NCBI GenBank assembly: GCA_947487895.1 | Contig: CANKYF010000007.1 | Location: 12,196-76,195, forward strand | DNA length: 64,000 nucleotides | Reading direction: 5' to 3' | Source: an uncultured Flavobacteriaceae bacterium | GTDB taxonomy: Bacteria; Bacteroidota; Bacteroidia; Flavobacteriales; Flavobacteriaceae | In this document: positions 27,172 to 38,151 of the stretch, one piece after another | How the letters are laid out: each line of letters opens with the position of its first letter | How positions within the stretch are numbered: position 1 is the first letter of the stretch | Notes under the pieces: model-generated | Database searches by the model: none | What the model was told of the DNA's origin: nothing | Seen by the model: the letters and a program-made list of their open reading frames with translations, nothing else | Position numbers and translations under genes: made by a program

Positions 27172-28719
27172 ATGTTTACTGAAAATGATATTCAACAAAT
27201 ACATAATAAAGGCATAACATTAGATCAAGTTAATAGTCAAATTGATAGATTAAAAAACGGAATGTCTTATTCTAAATTGTTGGCAGCAGCTACTATCGAT
27301 AAAGGAATTGAGGGTTTTAATGAAAAAGAAACAAAAAAGTATATCAATTTTTATGAAAGTAAAAAAGAAGCGTTATCTATTTTAAAATTTGTACCTGCTT
27401 CTGGAGCTGCAACTAGAATGTTTAAGTTTTTATTTCAGTTTTTATCTACTTTTAACCCAGATAATGAAACTATTGAAGCTTTTATTGAAAGACAAGGTGA
27501 CGATTTAATAAAAACATTTTTCTCGAATTTAGAAGCGTTTCCATTTTATGATGAGATAGTTGGAAAACTCAAAACGACTAATTCTAAATATGAAACACTA
27601 TCTGAAAGCGAAAAAAGTTTAGCCTTTGTGAAAACTATGTTAGGCGAAGACGATTTAAACTATAGTTTTTTCCCTAAAGGATTGTTGCCGTTTCATAAAT
27701 ATGGACATGTATCGGTTACGGCTTTTAGAGAACATTTATTAGAATCTACAATTTATGCTTCATCAAATAAAACAGCCAATCTTCACTTCACAGTTTCAGA
27801 AAAACATCATGACTATTTTAAAACCGAATTTGAGAAAGCTAGTAAACAATTAACCAAAGAAACTGGAGTTGCTTTTAATGTGTCTTATTCCTATCAAAAA
27901 GAAGAAACCGAGACCGTAGCATTAACATCAGATAACAAAGTTTATAGAAACGCAGACGGCACTATACTGTTTAGACCAGCAGGACATGGAGCGCTTCTGG
28001 AAAATCTAGACGATTTAGATAATGATCTTATTTTTATTAAAAATATAGATAACATTACTGTAGCCGATAAGAATGTATCTATTTCAGAATATAAAAAACT
28101 TCTAGCAGGTGTGCTTTTAGACGTTCAAGAAAAAGTGTTTAACTATTTAAACAAGCTTAATGCAGACTGTGACGAGGAAGATTTTAAAATCATGGCGCTT
28201 TTTTTAATACATAGATTAAATGTGGCGCTTACAAGAGATTTTGATGATTATACTCCTGAAGAAAAGAAAAACTATTTAAGAGAGAAACTAAACCGACCAA
28301 TTAGAGTGTGTGGAATGGTTAAAAACGAAGGGCAACCAGGAGGAGGTCCTTTTTGGGTAAAAGATAAAGATGGAAACTTTTCACTTCAAATTGTTGAGTT
28401 TGCTCAAATTAATTTCAGTAATAAAGATCAACAAGGCATTGTTTATAAAGCAACGCATTTCAATCCAACAGATTTAGTTTGTGCAGTAAGAAATTATAAA
28501 GGAGAAAAGTTTAATCTTAAAGACTATGTAGATTACGAAGCTGCTTTTATTACTATGAAAACACAGAATGGGGCAGATATAAAAGCTTTAGAGCTTCCTG
28601 GGTTATGGAATGGTAGTATGGCAGATTGGATTTCTATTTTTGTTGAGGTGCCTTTAGAAACTTTCAATCCTGTAAAAACAGTAAATGATTTATTAAAACC
28701 TGCACATCAAGTAGAATAA
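27172..28719 (+). CDS. DUF4301-family protein
   Basis: KFVPASGAATRMFK, PKGLLPFH, FRPAGHGAL, PIRVCGMVKNEG.PGGGPFW, LPGLWNG. Confidence 0.85.
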   Translation: MFTENDIQQIHNKGITLDQVNSQIDRLKNGMSYSKLLAAATIDKGIEGFNEKETKKYINFYESKKEALSILKFVPASGAATRMFKFLFQFLSTFNPDNETIEAFIERQGDDLIKTFFSNLEAFPFYDEIVGKLKTTNSKYETLSESEKSLAFVKTMLGEDDLNYSFFPKGLLPFHKYGHVSVTAFREHLLESTIYASSNKTANLHFTVSEKHHDYFKTEFEKASKQLTKETGVAFNVSYSYQKEETETVALTSDNKVYRNADGTILFRPAGHGALLENLDDLDNDLIFIKNIDNITVADKNVSISEYKKLLAGVLLDVQEKVFNYLNKLNADCDEEDFKIMALFLIHRLNVALTRDFDDYTPEEKKNYLREKLNRPIRVCGMVKNEGQPGGGPFWVKDKDGNFSLQIVEFAQINFSNKDQQGIVYKATHFNPTDLVCAVRNYKGEKFNLKDYVDYEAAFITMKTQNGADIKALELPGLWNGSMADWISIFVEVPLETFNPVKTVNDLLKPAHQVE

Positions 28720-29126
28720 TGTTTAATGAAGCAGCATTATTAAAGGAATTGTCTTTTAAAGCAGTTAGAAGTTCTGGTAGCGGTGGTCAGCATGTAAATA
28801 AAGTAGCAACAAAAGTAGAATTAAACTTTAATTTATCTAATTCTGTTGTGTTTTCCAATGAACAGAAACAGTTGCTTTTTTTAAAACTTCAAAATAGATT
28901 AACTAAAGAAGGCGTTCTCATGCTTCAATGTAATGAAACCAGAAGTCAATTTAAAAACAAAGAACTAGTAATAAAAAGATTCTTAATATTAATCAAGAAT
29001 TCATTAGTTGTACACAAAAAACGTATTCCAACAAAAGTGCCTAAATCTATTGTTAAGAGGCGTTTGAATAATAAAAAAAAACAATCTGAAAAAAAAGTAA
29101 ATAGAAAAAAGCCAAATATAGATTAG
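28719..29126 (+). CDS. arfB: Alternative ribosome rescue peptidyl-tRNA hydrolase
   Basis: RSSGSGGQHVNK, RSQFKNK, basic C-terminal tail. Confidence 0.93.
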   Translation: MFNEAALLKELSFKAVRSSGSGGQHVNKVATKVELNFNLSNSVVFSNEQKQLLFLKLQNRLTKEGVLMLQCNETRSQFKNKELVIKRFLILIKNSLVVHKKRIPTKVPKSIVKRRLNNKKKQSEKKVNRKKPNID

Positions 29127-29174
29127 TAAAACGCTTATTGATTATGAAGAATAGGTCACGTTTTTATTTTTGGT

Positions 29175-29182
29175 TATATTTG
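29175..29182 (+). promoter_or_regulatory. -7 promoter box for the thi operon
   Basis: TATATTTG 10 nt upstream of the riboswitch; no clear -33 box. Confidence 0.7.
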
Positions 29183-29191
29183 CACAGATAA

Positions 29192-29280
29192 ACTTTAGGG
29201 GTGTTAATTTGTATAATAACAAGATTAACTGAGATTTACCCTTTGAACCTGATTAAGTTAGCACTTACGTAGGGAAAAGT
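29192..29280 (+). ncRNA. TPP riboswitch aptamer
   Basis: P1 acttt/aaagt, ggggtg, ctgaga, acccttt-gaacctgat, cgtaggga; upstream of thiS-thiC. Confidence 0.95.
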
Positions 29281-29368
29281 AAATTTATTAGAAATAATAA
29301 TAGGTTTTCAAAAAACCATACTTCTTCAACAAGGTATTCCTAAAGTTATCATTTAAGAGACTAATTTA

Positions 29369-29572
29369 ATGATAACAATTAAAGTTAATAATAAAGCGAA
29401 ACAGATTTCTCAAGCCTTTTCAGTTGAGCAATTGTTACATGATTTAAAACAACCCAATCAAGGTATTGCGGTGGCGATAAACCAATCTATAATACCTAAA
29501 AATAATTGGTCTGAAGAAATTTTAAATGAAGGTGATGATGTGCTCATTATTAAAGCTACACAAGGAGGCTAA
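29369..29572 (+). CDS. thiS: Sulfur carrier protein ThiS
   Basis: GIAVAINQ, C-terminal ATQGG. Confidence 0.95.
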   Translation: MITIKVNNKAKQISQAFSVEQLLHDLKQPNQGIAVAINQSIIPKNNWSEEILNEGDDVLIIKATQGG

Positions 29573-29623
29573 GAGCTTATAAATCAAAATTAAATTAAAC
29601 GAACTGCGTACTAAACACAATAA

Positions 29624-31486
<1,863 letters not shown>

Positions 31487-31500
31487 TCAATATAATTTAT

Positions 31501-31544
31501 GTCAGTTCGAGTGATTTTGAGGAATGAAAAATTGTATCGAGAAC
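31501..31544. repeat. REP-like element gtcagttcgagtgatt...aattgtatcgagaac
   Basis: Uninterrupted version of 24161-24228; ttcga/tcgag and gatttt/aaaatt arms. Confidence 0.75.
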
Positions 31545-31605
31545 TTCTTGATAAAAATTTAAATCATTCCATTTATCAAATTCATTTGAACTGATAATAA
31601 TAAAA

Positions 31606-32214
31606 ATGATTGTTCTAATAGCACCAGAAAACGATGTTCAAAATGAACTTGAAATACTTAATCAGTTGTTTCAAGAAGGGTTACAGTACTATCATTTAAG
31701 AAAACCAAATAAGAATTACGAAGAATATTGTGATTATCTAAATCTAATCGATTCAAAATATCATAATCTAATTGTAACGCACTATTTTCATGAGTTAATT
31801 GATGAATATTCATTAAAAGGAATTCATTTTCAAGAACAAAAACGAAGAGATTGTTTAGATACCCCTTCCGATTATTTTGTTAAGCTGAATAACATGTATG
31901 GCAAAACTATCAGTAGTTCTTTTCATGAACCAGAAGAATTAGAAAATTGTGATTTTGAATTTGATTATCATTTATTAAGTCCTGTATTTTCATCTATTTC
32001 AAAACAAGGATATCAAGGTCGTGGATTTGATGTTAACCATATAAATAAAAGAATAGTGGGTATGGGAGGTGTAACAACTGAAAATTTAAGTGAATTTACA
32101 AAGTTAGGTTTTAAAGGTGTTGGTGTTTTAGGAGGTGTTTGGAATAGTAAAAACCCTATTTCTGATTTTAAGTTAATGAGGAATTATTTTACTCAAACAA
32201 GAAGTTATATATAA
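31606..32214 (+). CDS. ThiE/TenI-like thiamine-phosphate-synthase-family protein
   Basis: HLRKP, GIHF, SSSFH, LLSPVFSSISKQGY, GMGGV. Confidence 0.85.
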   Translation: MIVLIAPENDVQNELEILNQLFQEGLQYYHLRKPNKNYEEYCDYLNLIDSKYHNLIVTHYFHELIDEYSLKGIHFQEQKRRDCLDTPSDYFVKLNNMYGKTISSSFHEPEELENCDFEFDYHLLSPVFSSISKQGYQGRGFDVNHINKRIVGMGGVTTENLSEFTKLGFKGVGVLGGVWNSKNPISDFKLMRNYFTQTRSYI

Positions 32215-32217
32215 AAT

Positions 32218-32266
32218 GGTCACTGAGGTTCTCGAAGTGACCGTGATTTCGAGAGCCTCAATCACC
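32218..32266. repeat. Inverted REP doublet (REPIN-like)
   Basis: ggtcactgaggttctcgaagtg and gatttcgagagcctcaatcacc, near reverse complements. Confidence 0.8.
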
Positions 32267-32276
32267 AAGCGATAGC

Positions 32277-33047
32277 ATGAAAGAACATAAATACATACTA
32301 ACCATAGCAGGTCATGACCCGTCAGGAGGAGCTGGCTTAACTTCGGATGTTAAAACATTTGAAGCGCATGGTTTCTATGGGCTTTCGGTATGTACCGCTA
32401 TTACTGTTCAAAATGATATCGATTTTAAAAGTTGTTTTTGGACTGAAGTCAATGTAATCATTTCTCAAATGGAGACCTTATTTGAACGTTTTGAAATTTC
32501 AGTAGTTAAAATTGGTATTGTAGAAAGTTGGAGTGTGTTATTGAAAATTTTAAATAAGCTACACGCTCTAAATTCAGACATTAAAATTATTGTAGATCCT
32601 ATAATAAAGGCAACAGCAGGTTTCGATTTTCATTCCACTGAAAACCAAGAATTATTTGACGTTATTTGGGATAAATGTTATCTCATTACACCTAATTATG
32701 AGGAGATTGAATTGCTGTATCCAGAAAAAGATATAGAGGAAACTATTGAGCATATTTCAGAAAAAACTAATATCTATTTAAAAGGCGGACATAGAACCGA
32801 TAAAAAAGGTTGGGATGTATTATATCATAATAGAATTGTTCAAACTAACATAGAACCAAGAGCAAGACAAGTTTTTGATAAACATGGCAGTGGTTGTGTT
32901 TTATCTTCTGCGCTTGCAAGTAACATTGCGTTAGAAATAGAATTAGAAGATGCTGCGAGAGAAGCAAAATATTATACCGAGCAATTTTTAAATTCAAATG
33001 AAACCTTGTTAGGTGTTCATCAATCAAATTTAAAGGAAAGCGTCTAA
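32277..33047 (+). CDS. thiD: Hydroxymethylpyrimidine/phosphomethylpyrimidine kinase
   Basis: LTIAGHDPSGGAG, VDPI, ITPN, LKGGH, KHGSGCVLSS. Confidence 0.93.
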   Translation: MKEHKYILTIAGHDPSGGAGLTSDVKTFEAHGFYGLSVCTAITVQNDIDFKSCFWTEVNVIISQMETLFERFEISVVKIGIVESWSVLLKILNKLHALNSDIKIIVDPIIKATAGFDFHSTENQELFDVIWDKCYLITPNYEEIELLYPEKDIEETIEHISEKTNIYLKGGHRTDKKGWDVLYHNRIVQTNIEPRARQVFDKHGSGCVLSSALASNIALEIELEDAAREAKYYTEQFLNSNETLLGVHQSNLKESV

Positions 33048-33697
33048 TGGCTGTTATAAACAAATTACATTATATATCACAAGGAGCCAATGCAAAAGAG
33101 CATTTGGAAAATATTCAGAAAGCATGTCAATATGGAGCTGAATTGGTACAATTGCGGTTAAAAAATCTTTCAGAAAAAAAGATGCTAAAAGCAGCTGAGG
33201 AAGCCAGAGACATTACAAGTCATTACCAAACCAGATTGATTATAAACGACCATTATAAAATTGCTAAAAAAGTGAATGTAGATGGCATTCATTTGGGTAA
33301 AACAGATACCTGTCCAACAATTGCTAGAAAAGAATTAAAAAGTTGGCAAATTATTGGAGGAACAGCAAACACTCTAGATGATTGTAATGCATTAATAGAT
33401 AAAAATGTGAACTACATAGGTTTAGGACCCTATAGATTTACAACCACTAAAGATAATTTAAGTCCTGTTTTAGGAAAAAATGGATACTTAACTATTATTG
33501 AAGCTTTGAAATCTGAAATGCCAATTATAGCCATAGGAGGTATCACTACTACAGATGTTACGGAGTTATTAACTACAGGTATTCATGGTATAGCTATATC
33601 TGGAGAGATTACCAAAGATTTCAATAAAATCAAAGAGTTTCATCAATTATTAAATGCTGGAAGTGCTATGGAGCAACGTTACAGCTTTAAAAATTAA
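33047..33697 (+). CDS. thiE: Thiamine-phosphate synthase
   Basis: [36 protein letters not shown]. Confidence 0.92.
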   Translation: MAVINKLHYISQGANAKEHLENIQKACQYGAELVQLRLKNLSEKKMLKAAEEARDITSHYQTRLIINDHYKIAKKVNVDGIHLGKTDTCPTIARKELKSWQIIGGTANTLDDCNALIDKNVNYIGLGPYRFTTTKDNLSPVLGKNGYLTIIEALKSEMPIIAIGGITTTDVTELLTTGIHGIAISGEITKDFNKIKEFHQLLNAGSAMEQRYSFKN

Positions 33698-33701
33698 TAC
33701 A

Positions 33702-34472
33702 ATGAACGATATATTAAAAATAGCTGATAAAGAATTTAATTCAAGATTATTCACAGGTACTGGGAAATTCAGCTCTAATGACTTGATGGCTAAAGCTATA
33801 TTAGCTTCAGAAAGCGAGCTGGTAACCGTAGCATTAAAACGTGTTGATGTTGAAGATGAGCAAGATAAGATGCTGCAAAGTATCAATCAGCCGCATGTCA
33901 ATTTATTGCCGAATACTTCTGGAGTTAGAGATGCTAAAGAAGCCATTTTTGCATCACAATTAGCAAGAGAAGCTTTAGAGACTAACTGGATTAAGTTAGA
34001 AATTCATCCAGATCCAAAATATTTGTTACCAGACCCTATAGAAACCTTAAAAGCTGCCGAAGAATTAGTGAAATTAGGTTTTGTAGTAATGCCATATATT
34101 CATGCAGACCCTGTATTGTGTAAAAGACTAGAAGAAGTAGGAACACAATGCGTGATGCCTTTAGGAGCGCCAATAGGGACTAATAAAGGTTTGAAAACTT
34201 TGGATTTTCTAGAAATTATCATTGAGCAGAGTAATGTACCAGTCATTGTAGATGCCGGTATTGGAGCTCCTTCTCATGCAGCTTACGCTATGGAATTAGG
34301 AGCCGATGCTGTTTTGGTAAATACAGCCATAGCAGTGTCTCAAAATCCTGTTGAAATGGCTATAGCTTTTAAAATGTCTGTTGAAGCAGGTAGAATGGCA
34401 TACAACGCAAAATTAGCAAGTATAAAACAACACGCAGAGGCAAGTAGCCCGTTAACTAGTTTTTTAAACTAG
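33702..34472 (+). CDS. thiG: Thiazole synthase (start moved to ATG 33702)
   Basis: [50 protein letters not shown]. Confidence 0.97.
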   Translation: MNDILKIADKEFNSRLFTGTGKFSSNDLMAKAILASESELVTVALKRVDVEDEQDKMLQSINQPHVNLLPNTSGVRDAKEAIFASQLAREALETNWIKLEIHPDPKYLLPDPIETLKAAEELVKLGFVVMPYIHADPVLCKRLEEVGTQCVMPLGAPIGTNKGLKTLDFLEIIIEQSNVPVIVDAGIGAPSHAAYAMELGADAVLVNTAIAVSQNPVEMAIAFKMSVEAGRMAYNAKLASIKQHAEASSPLTSFLN

Positions 34473-34504
34473 CTCTTAGTGATTAGCTTTTAGCCTTTAG
34501 GATT
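34470..34504 (+). repeat. Left heptamer array, 5 x TAGNNNT
   Basis: tagctct tagtgat tagcttt tagcctt taggatt, then ATG at 34505. Confidence 0.85.
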
Positions 34505-34855
34505 ATGAGAGACTATAACAAATACGAAATCTGGAAAAAATCACATAAACTTACTTTACAAGTTTATACGATAACTAAATCTTTTCCTAAAGAAGAAATG
34601 TATGGAATAGTTTCTCAGTTAAGAAGAGCGTCACTTTCAATTCCAACCAATATTGTAGAAGGTTCTGGTAGAAACTCTCAAAAAGAGTTTGCTTATTTTA
34701 TAAATATTGCCTCTGGCTCTGCAGCTGAAACTGAATATCTAATTCGTTTTTCTTTTGATTTGGAGTATATTCCAGAGGATAAATTTAAAGAACTTAATGA
34801 TGAAATTATTAGTATTAGAAAAATGTTAAACGCATTTCATCAAAAACTAAAATAA
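34505..34855 (+). CDS. Four-helix-bundle protein (IVS-encoded/Avd-like family)
   Basis: IWKKSHKL...FPKEEMYGIVSQLRRASLSIPTNIVEGSGR...F..IASGSAAETEY. Confidence 0.92.
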   Translation: MRDYNKYEIWKKSHKLTLQVYTITKSFPKEEMYGIVSQLRRASLSIPTNIVEGSGRNSQKEFAYFINIASGSAAETEYLIRFSFDLEYIPEDKFKELNDEIISIRKMLNAFHQKLK

Positions 34856-34856
34856 A

Positions 34857-36011
34857 ATGGAAGACGTAAAACCAATAGCCAAAAACCAAAAGCCAAAGGC
34901 TAAAAAAAGCTTTCAGGATATATTTGATACTTACAATTGGGATGAAACCTTAGCAAACATAAATGCTAAAACATCTCAAGATGTGGAGTACGCTTTAAAT
35001 AAAACCAAAAGAGATTTAGAAGATTTTAAGGCATTGTTATCTCCTGCGGCCCAACCTTATTTAGAGCAAATGGCCATTCAAAGTAAAGCCATCACAAAAA
35101 AGCGTTTTGGGAATACCATACAAATGTATATTCCAATGTATTTGTCTAATGAATGCCAAAATATATGTACTTACTGCGGATTTAGTATGACTAATAAGAT
35201 TCCACGTAGAACCCTATCTGATATTGAAATCATCAAAGAAGTTGAGTTCATAAAAGAGAAAGGATACGATCATATTTTATTGGTAACAGGTGAAGCAAAT
35301 AAAACAGTCGGTGTTCCATATATCAAACATGCTATTGAACTCATAAATGATAAGTTCTCTAATATTACTATTGAAGTTCAACCATTAAATCAAGAAGAAT
35401 ACGAAGCACTTATTGAAGCTGGTTTATATGCCGTTTTGGTATACCAAGAAACCTATCATAGAGCAGAGTATAAAAAACATCATCCTAAAGGAAAAAAGTC
35501 AAATTTCAATTACCGTTTAGATACCCCAGATAGATTAGGTAAAGCAGGAATTCATAAAATAGGTTTAGGAGCATTATTTGGTTTAGAAGATTGGAGAGCC
35601 GATAGTTTTTTTACAGCACTACATTTAAAATATTTACAAAAAACCTATTGGAAAACTAAATACTCTATTTCTTTTCCTAGACTACGTCCTCACAGTGGTG
35701 GGTTAGAGCCTAAGGTAGAAATGACCGATAAAGATTTGGTACAAACTATTTGTGCGTTTAGGTTGCTAGATGAAGACGTAGAATTATCATTATCAACCCG
35801 AGAAAGTGAAACGTTTAGAAATAATATTGTGCATTTAGGCATTACTTCCATAAGTGCAGAATCTAAGACTAATCCGGGAGGATATACAGTAGATCCGCAG
35901 ACATTAGAACAATTTGAAATTTCTGATGAAAGGCCAACTGAAGATATTGCAGAAATGCTTCAAAAACAAGGATTAGAACCTGTTTGGAAAGATTGGGAAG
36001 CTTTTAAATAA
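34857..36011 (+). CDS. thiH: 2-iminoacetate synthase (radical SAM)
   Basis: YLSNECQNICTYCGF, YQETY, GALFGL, ISFPRLRP, SAESKTNPGGY. Confidence 0.96.
   Translation: MEDVKPIAKNQKPKAKKSFQDIFDTYNWDETLANINAKTSQDVEYALNKTKRDLEDFKALLSPAAQPYLEQMAIQSKAITKKRFGNTIQMYIPMYLSNECQNICTYCGFSMTNKIPRRTLSDIEIIKEVEFIKEKGYDHILLVTGEANKTVGVPYIKHAIELINDKFSNITIEVQPLNQEEYEALIEAGLYAVLVYQETYHRAEYKKHHPKGKKSNFNYRLDTPDRLGKAGIHKIGLGALFGLEDWRADSFFTALHLKYLQKTYWKTKYSISFPRLRPHSGGLEPKVEMTDKDLVQTICAFRLLDEDVELSLSTRESETFRNNIVHLGITSISAESKTNPGGYTVDPQTLEQFEISDERPTEDIAEMLQKQGLEPVWKDWEAFK
34868..34906 (-). repeat. Right heptamer array, inverted relative to the left array, inside the thiH 5' end
   Basis: Minus strand reads tagcctt tggcttt tggtttt tggctat tggtttt; 34895-34905 is an exact 11-bp inverted repeat of 34488-34498. 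Confidence 0.85.
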
Positions 36012-36016
36012 AGAAT

Positions 36017-37069
36017 ATGTTAAGCAAAAGCGAGCAAAAAATATACAGTCGTCATTTATTGTTAGATGAAATAGGTGTAGAAGGTCAAGAAAAGTTAAAA
36101 CAAGCCAAAGTATTGGTGGTTGGTGCTGGTGGATTAGGGTGCCCAATTCTCCAATATTTAACTGCTGCTGGAGTTGGAACCATTGGTATTGTAGATGGAG
36201 ATACAGTAGATGTTACCAATCTACAACGTCAAATTTTATATACTATTGATGATGTTGGAAAATCTAAAGCGAAATGTGCAGCAAACAGATTGAAGCAACT
36301 AAACCCCTATGTGAAATTTAATTTATATGAAGAGTTTTTAACTACTGAAAATGCTTTAGATTTATTTTCAGAATACGATATTATTGTTGACGGATCTGAT
36401 AATTTTCAAACGCGCTATTTATGTAATGATGCTGCGGTAATTACCAATAAACCATTGGTTTTTGGTTCTATTTTTAAATTTGAAGGTCAGGTTGCAGTAT
36501 TCAATTACAATGAGGGACCAACATACAGATGTTTATATCCAACACCGCCAAGTCATGGCTCTGTACCTTCATGTTCAGAAATTGGTGTTTTAGGCGTTTT
36601 ACCAGGGATTGTTGGGAGTTATCAAGCAAATGAAACTTTAAAAATCATTATTGATATTGGTGATATACTTTCGGGTAAATTACTTACGTTTAATGCGCTT
36701 ACCATGAATCAAATGGTATTTGCTTTTAGTAAGAATGAAGCAATGAAAATTACTGCTTTAGAAACCAATTATGATGTGTTTTGTGGTGTTCCGCAGGTAG
36801 ATGAAGAAATAACTATAGAAACACTTAATGAAAGTATAGCATCTTATAATTTATTAGATGTGAGAGAAGATTGGGAAAGAGAGCTAGATCATATTGGTGG
36901 CCAACATATTCCTTTAAATGATTTGACAACCAAGTATTCTGAAATCAATACAGACAAACCTATAGTGATTTATTGCAAGTCTGGAATTAGGAGCAAACGT
37001 GCTATTGAATTTCTAGAAGGAACTCTAAAAAATGTAAGGCTTATAAACTTAAAAAATGGTATAGGATAG
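36017..37069 (+). CDS. thiF: ThiF/MoeB adenylyltransferase with C-terminal rhodanese domain
   Basis: YSRHL, VGAGGLG, NLQRQ, DGSDNF, YRCLYP...CSEIGVLG; DVRE...YCKSGIRS. Confidence 0.9.
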   Translation: MLSKSEQKIYSRHLLLDEIGVEGQEKLKQAKVLVVGAGGLGCPILQYLTAAGVGTIGIVDGDTVDVTNLQRQILYTIDDVGKSKAKCAANRLKQLNPYVKFNLYEEFLTTENALDLFSEYDIIVDGSDNFQTRYLCNDAAVITNKPLVFGSIFKFEGQVAVFNYNEGPTYRCLYPTPPSHGSVPSCSEIGVLGVLPGIVGSYQANETLKIIIDIGDILSGKLLTFNALTMNQMVFAFSKNEAMKITALETNYDVFCGVPQVDEEITIETLNESIASYNLLDVREDWERELDHIGGQHIPLNDLTTKYSEINTDKPIVIYCKSGIRSKRAIEFLEGTLKNVRLINLKNGIG

Positions 37070-37071
37070 AC

Positions 37072-37500
37072 TTAATTAAAGATTAATAAATTATCCCCGC
37101 TTTGCTCTACTCTATAGAATTTTAAAGAACATCTTAAATCGCCATTATTTAGAGGCTCTCCCGTAACAAGACTATATGTGTTTTCATCATCGCATCCAGA
37201 CGTAGCATTTAATCCTGAAGGAACCAGAATAGAACAATCACTTGGCACTTTATTAGGATCTGCAGCGTCCCATGCTAAAAAGTCAGAACCAATACTGGCA
37301 ACTATAATGCCTCCATTTCCTGCATTTGGAAGATATACTGAATTACCTGCAAATGGTAATTGACTATATTGAGGTAAGCTAAGGTTTATGGTTTCTTGAA
37401 CATTAACATCTAATAAAAAGCGGCAGTTTTCATCTTCTCTAGAGTTTCCACTACAACCACATAAAATGGTTAAGATAATAAGGCAATAAATCAGTCTCAT
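37072..37500 (-). CDS. Lipoprotein with a degenerate Rieske-like fold
   Basis: Lipobox LCGC; AWDAADPN...C...GC...YSLVTGEP...LKFYRV. Confidence 0.55.
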   Translation of the reverse strand: MRLIYCLIILTILCGCSGNSREDENCRFLLDVNVQETINLSLPQYSQLPFAGNSVYLPNAGNGGIIVASIGSDFLAWDAADPNKVPSDCSILVPSGLNATSGCDDENTYSLVTGEPLNNGDLRCSLKFYRVEQSGDNLLIFN

Positions 37501-37558
37501 ATTTTATAAAAAATCATTGGCAATTTACAACAAAAACAAAATCAATTTAAATATTTTG

Positions 37559-37600
37559 TATATTTGTGTTACTATCTCGTGCAAACGGGATTTTTCTTTT
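37559..37600 (+). promoter_or_regulatory. greA promoter -7 box followed by a terminator-like leader hairpin
   Basis: TATATTTG 37559-37566; atctcgt-gcaa-acgggat then ttttctttt. Confidence 0.65.
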
Positions 37601-37601
37601 A

Positions 37602-37624
37602 ATCCCGAACTTGTTTCGGGATCT
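37602..37624. repeat. REP-like palindrome atcccgaacttgtttcgggatct
   Basis: atcccgaa/ttcgggat arms; core shared with the 2813 element. Confidence 0.75.
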
Positions 37625-37671
37625 TTTTTAGATATAGCGCAAGAGATTGCAACTATTAAAACGATGAAGTT

Positions 37672-38145
37672 ATGAGTAAAGTATCTTATTATACAGCCGA
37701 AGGACTAAAAAAATTAAGAGACGAATTAAATCACTTAAAAGATGTAGAACGTCCTAAAGCATCTCAAGCCATTGCAGAAGCCAGAGATAAAGGAGATTTA
37801 AGTGAGAATGCAGAATATGATGCTGCTAAAGAAGCACAAGGAATGTTAGAAATGAAAATTTCTAAAATGGAAGAAACTTTAGCAAATGCTAGAGTTATTG
37901 ATGAATCTCAATTAGACACTTCTAAAGTTTTAGCCTTATCTATAGTAAAAATAAAAAACCAAACCAATGGTATGGAAATGACTTATACCTTGGTTGCGGA
38001 AAGTGAAGCCGATTTAAAAACTGGAAAAATTTCGGTTAACTCGCCAATTGGTAAAGGTTTGTTAGGTAAATCTGTTGGAGATGTAGCAGAAATTCAAGTG
38101 CCAAATGGTATCATGAAGTTTGATATTATTGAAATATCACGTTAA
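37672..38145 (+). CDS. greA: Transcription elongation factor GreA
   Basis: AEARDKGDLSENAEYDAAK, ISVNSPIGKGLLGK. Confidence 0.97.
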   Translation: MSKVSYYTAEGLKKLRDELNHLKDVERPKASQAIAEARDKGDLSENAEYDAAKEAQGMLEMKISKMEETLANARVIDESQLDTSKVLALSIVKIKNQTNGMEMTYTLVAESEADLKTGKISVNSPIGKGLLGKSVGDVAEIQVPNGIMKFDIIEISR

Positions 38146-38151
38146 TTCTTT

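Noticed and set aside
34470-34906. CRISPR, DGR or IS interpretation of the heptamer cassette
   Set aside because: No spacers, cas genes, reverse transcriptase, template/variable repeat pair or DDE/HUH motif
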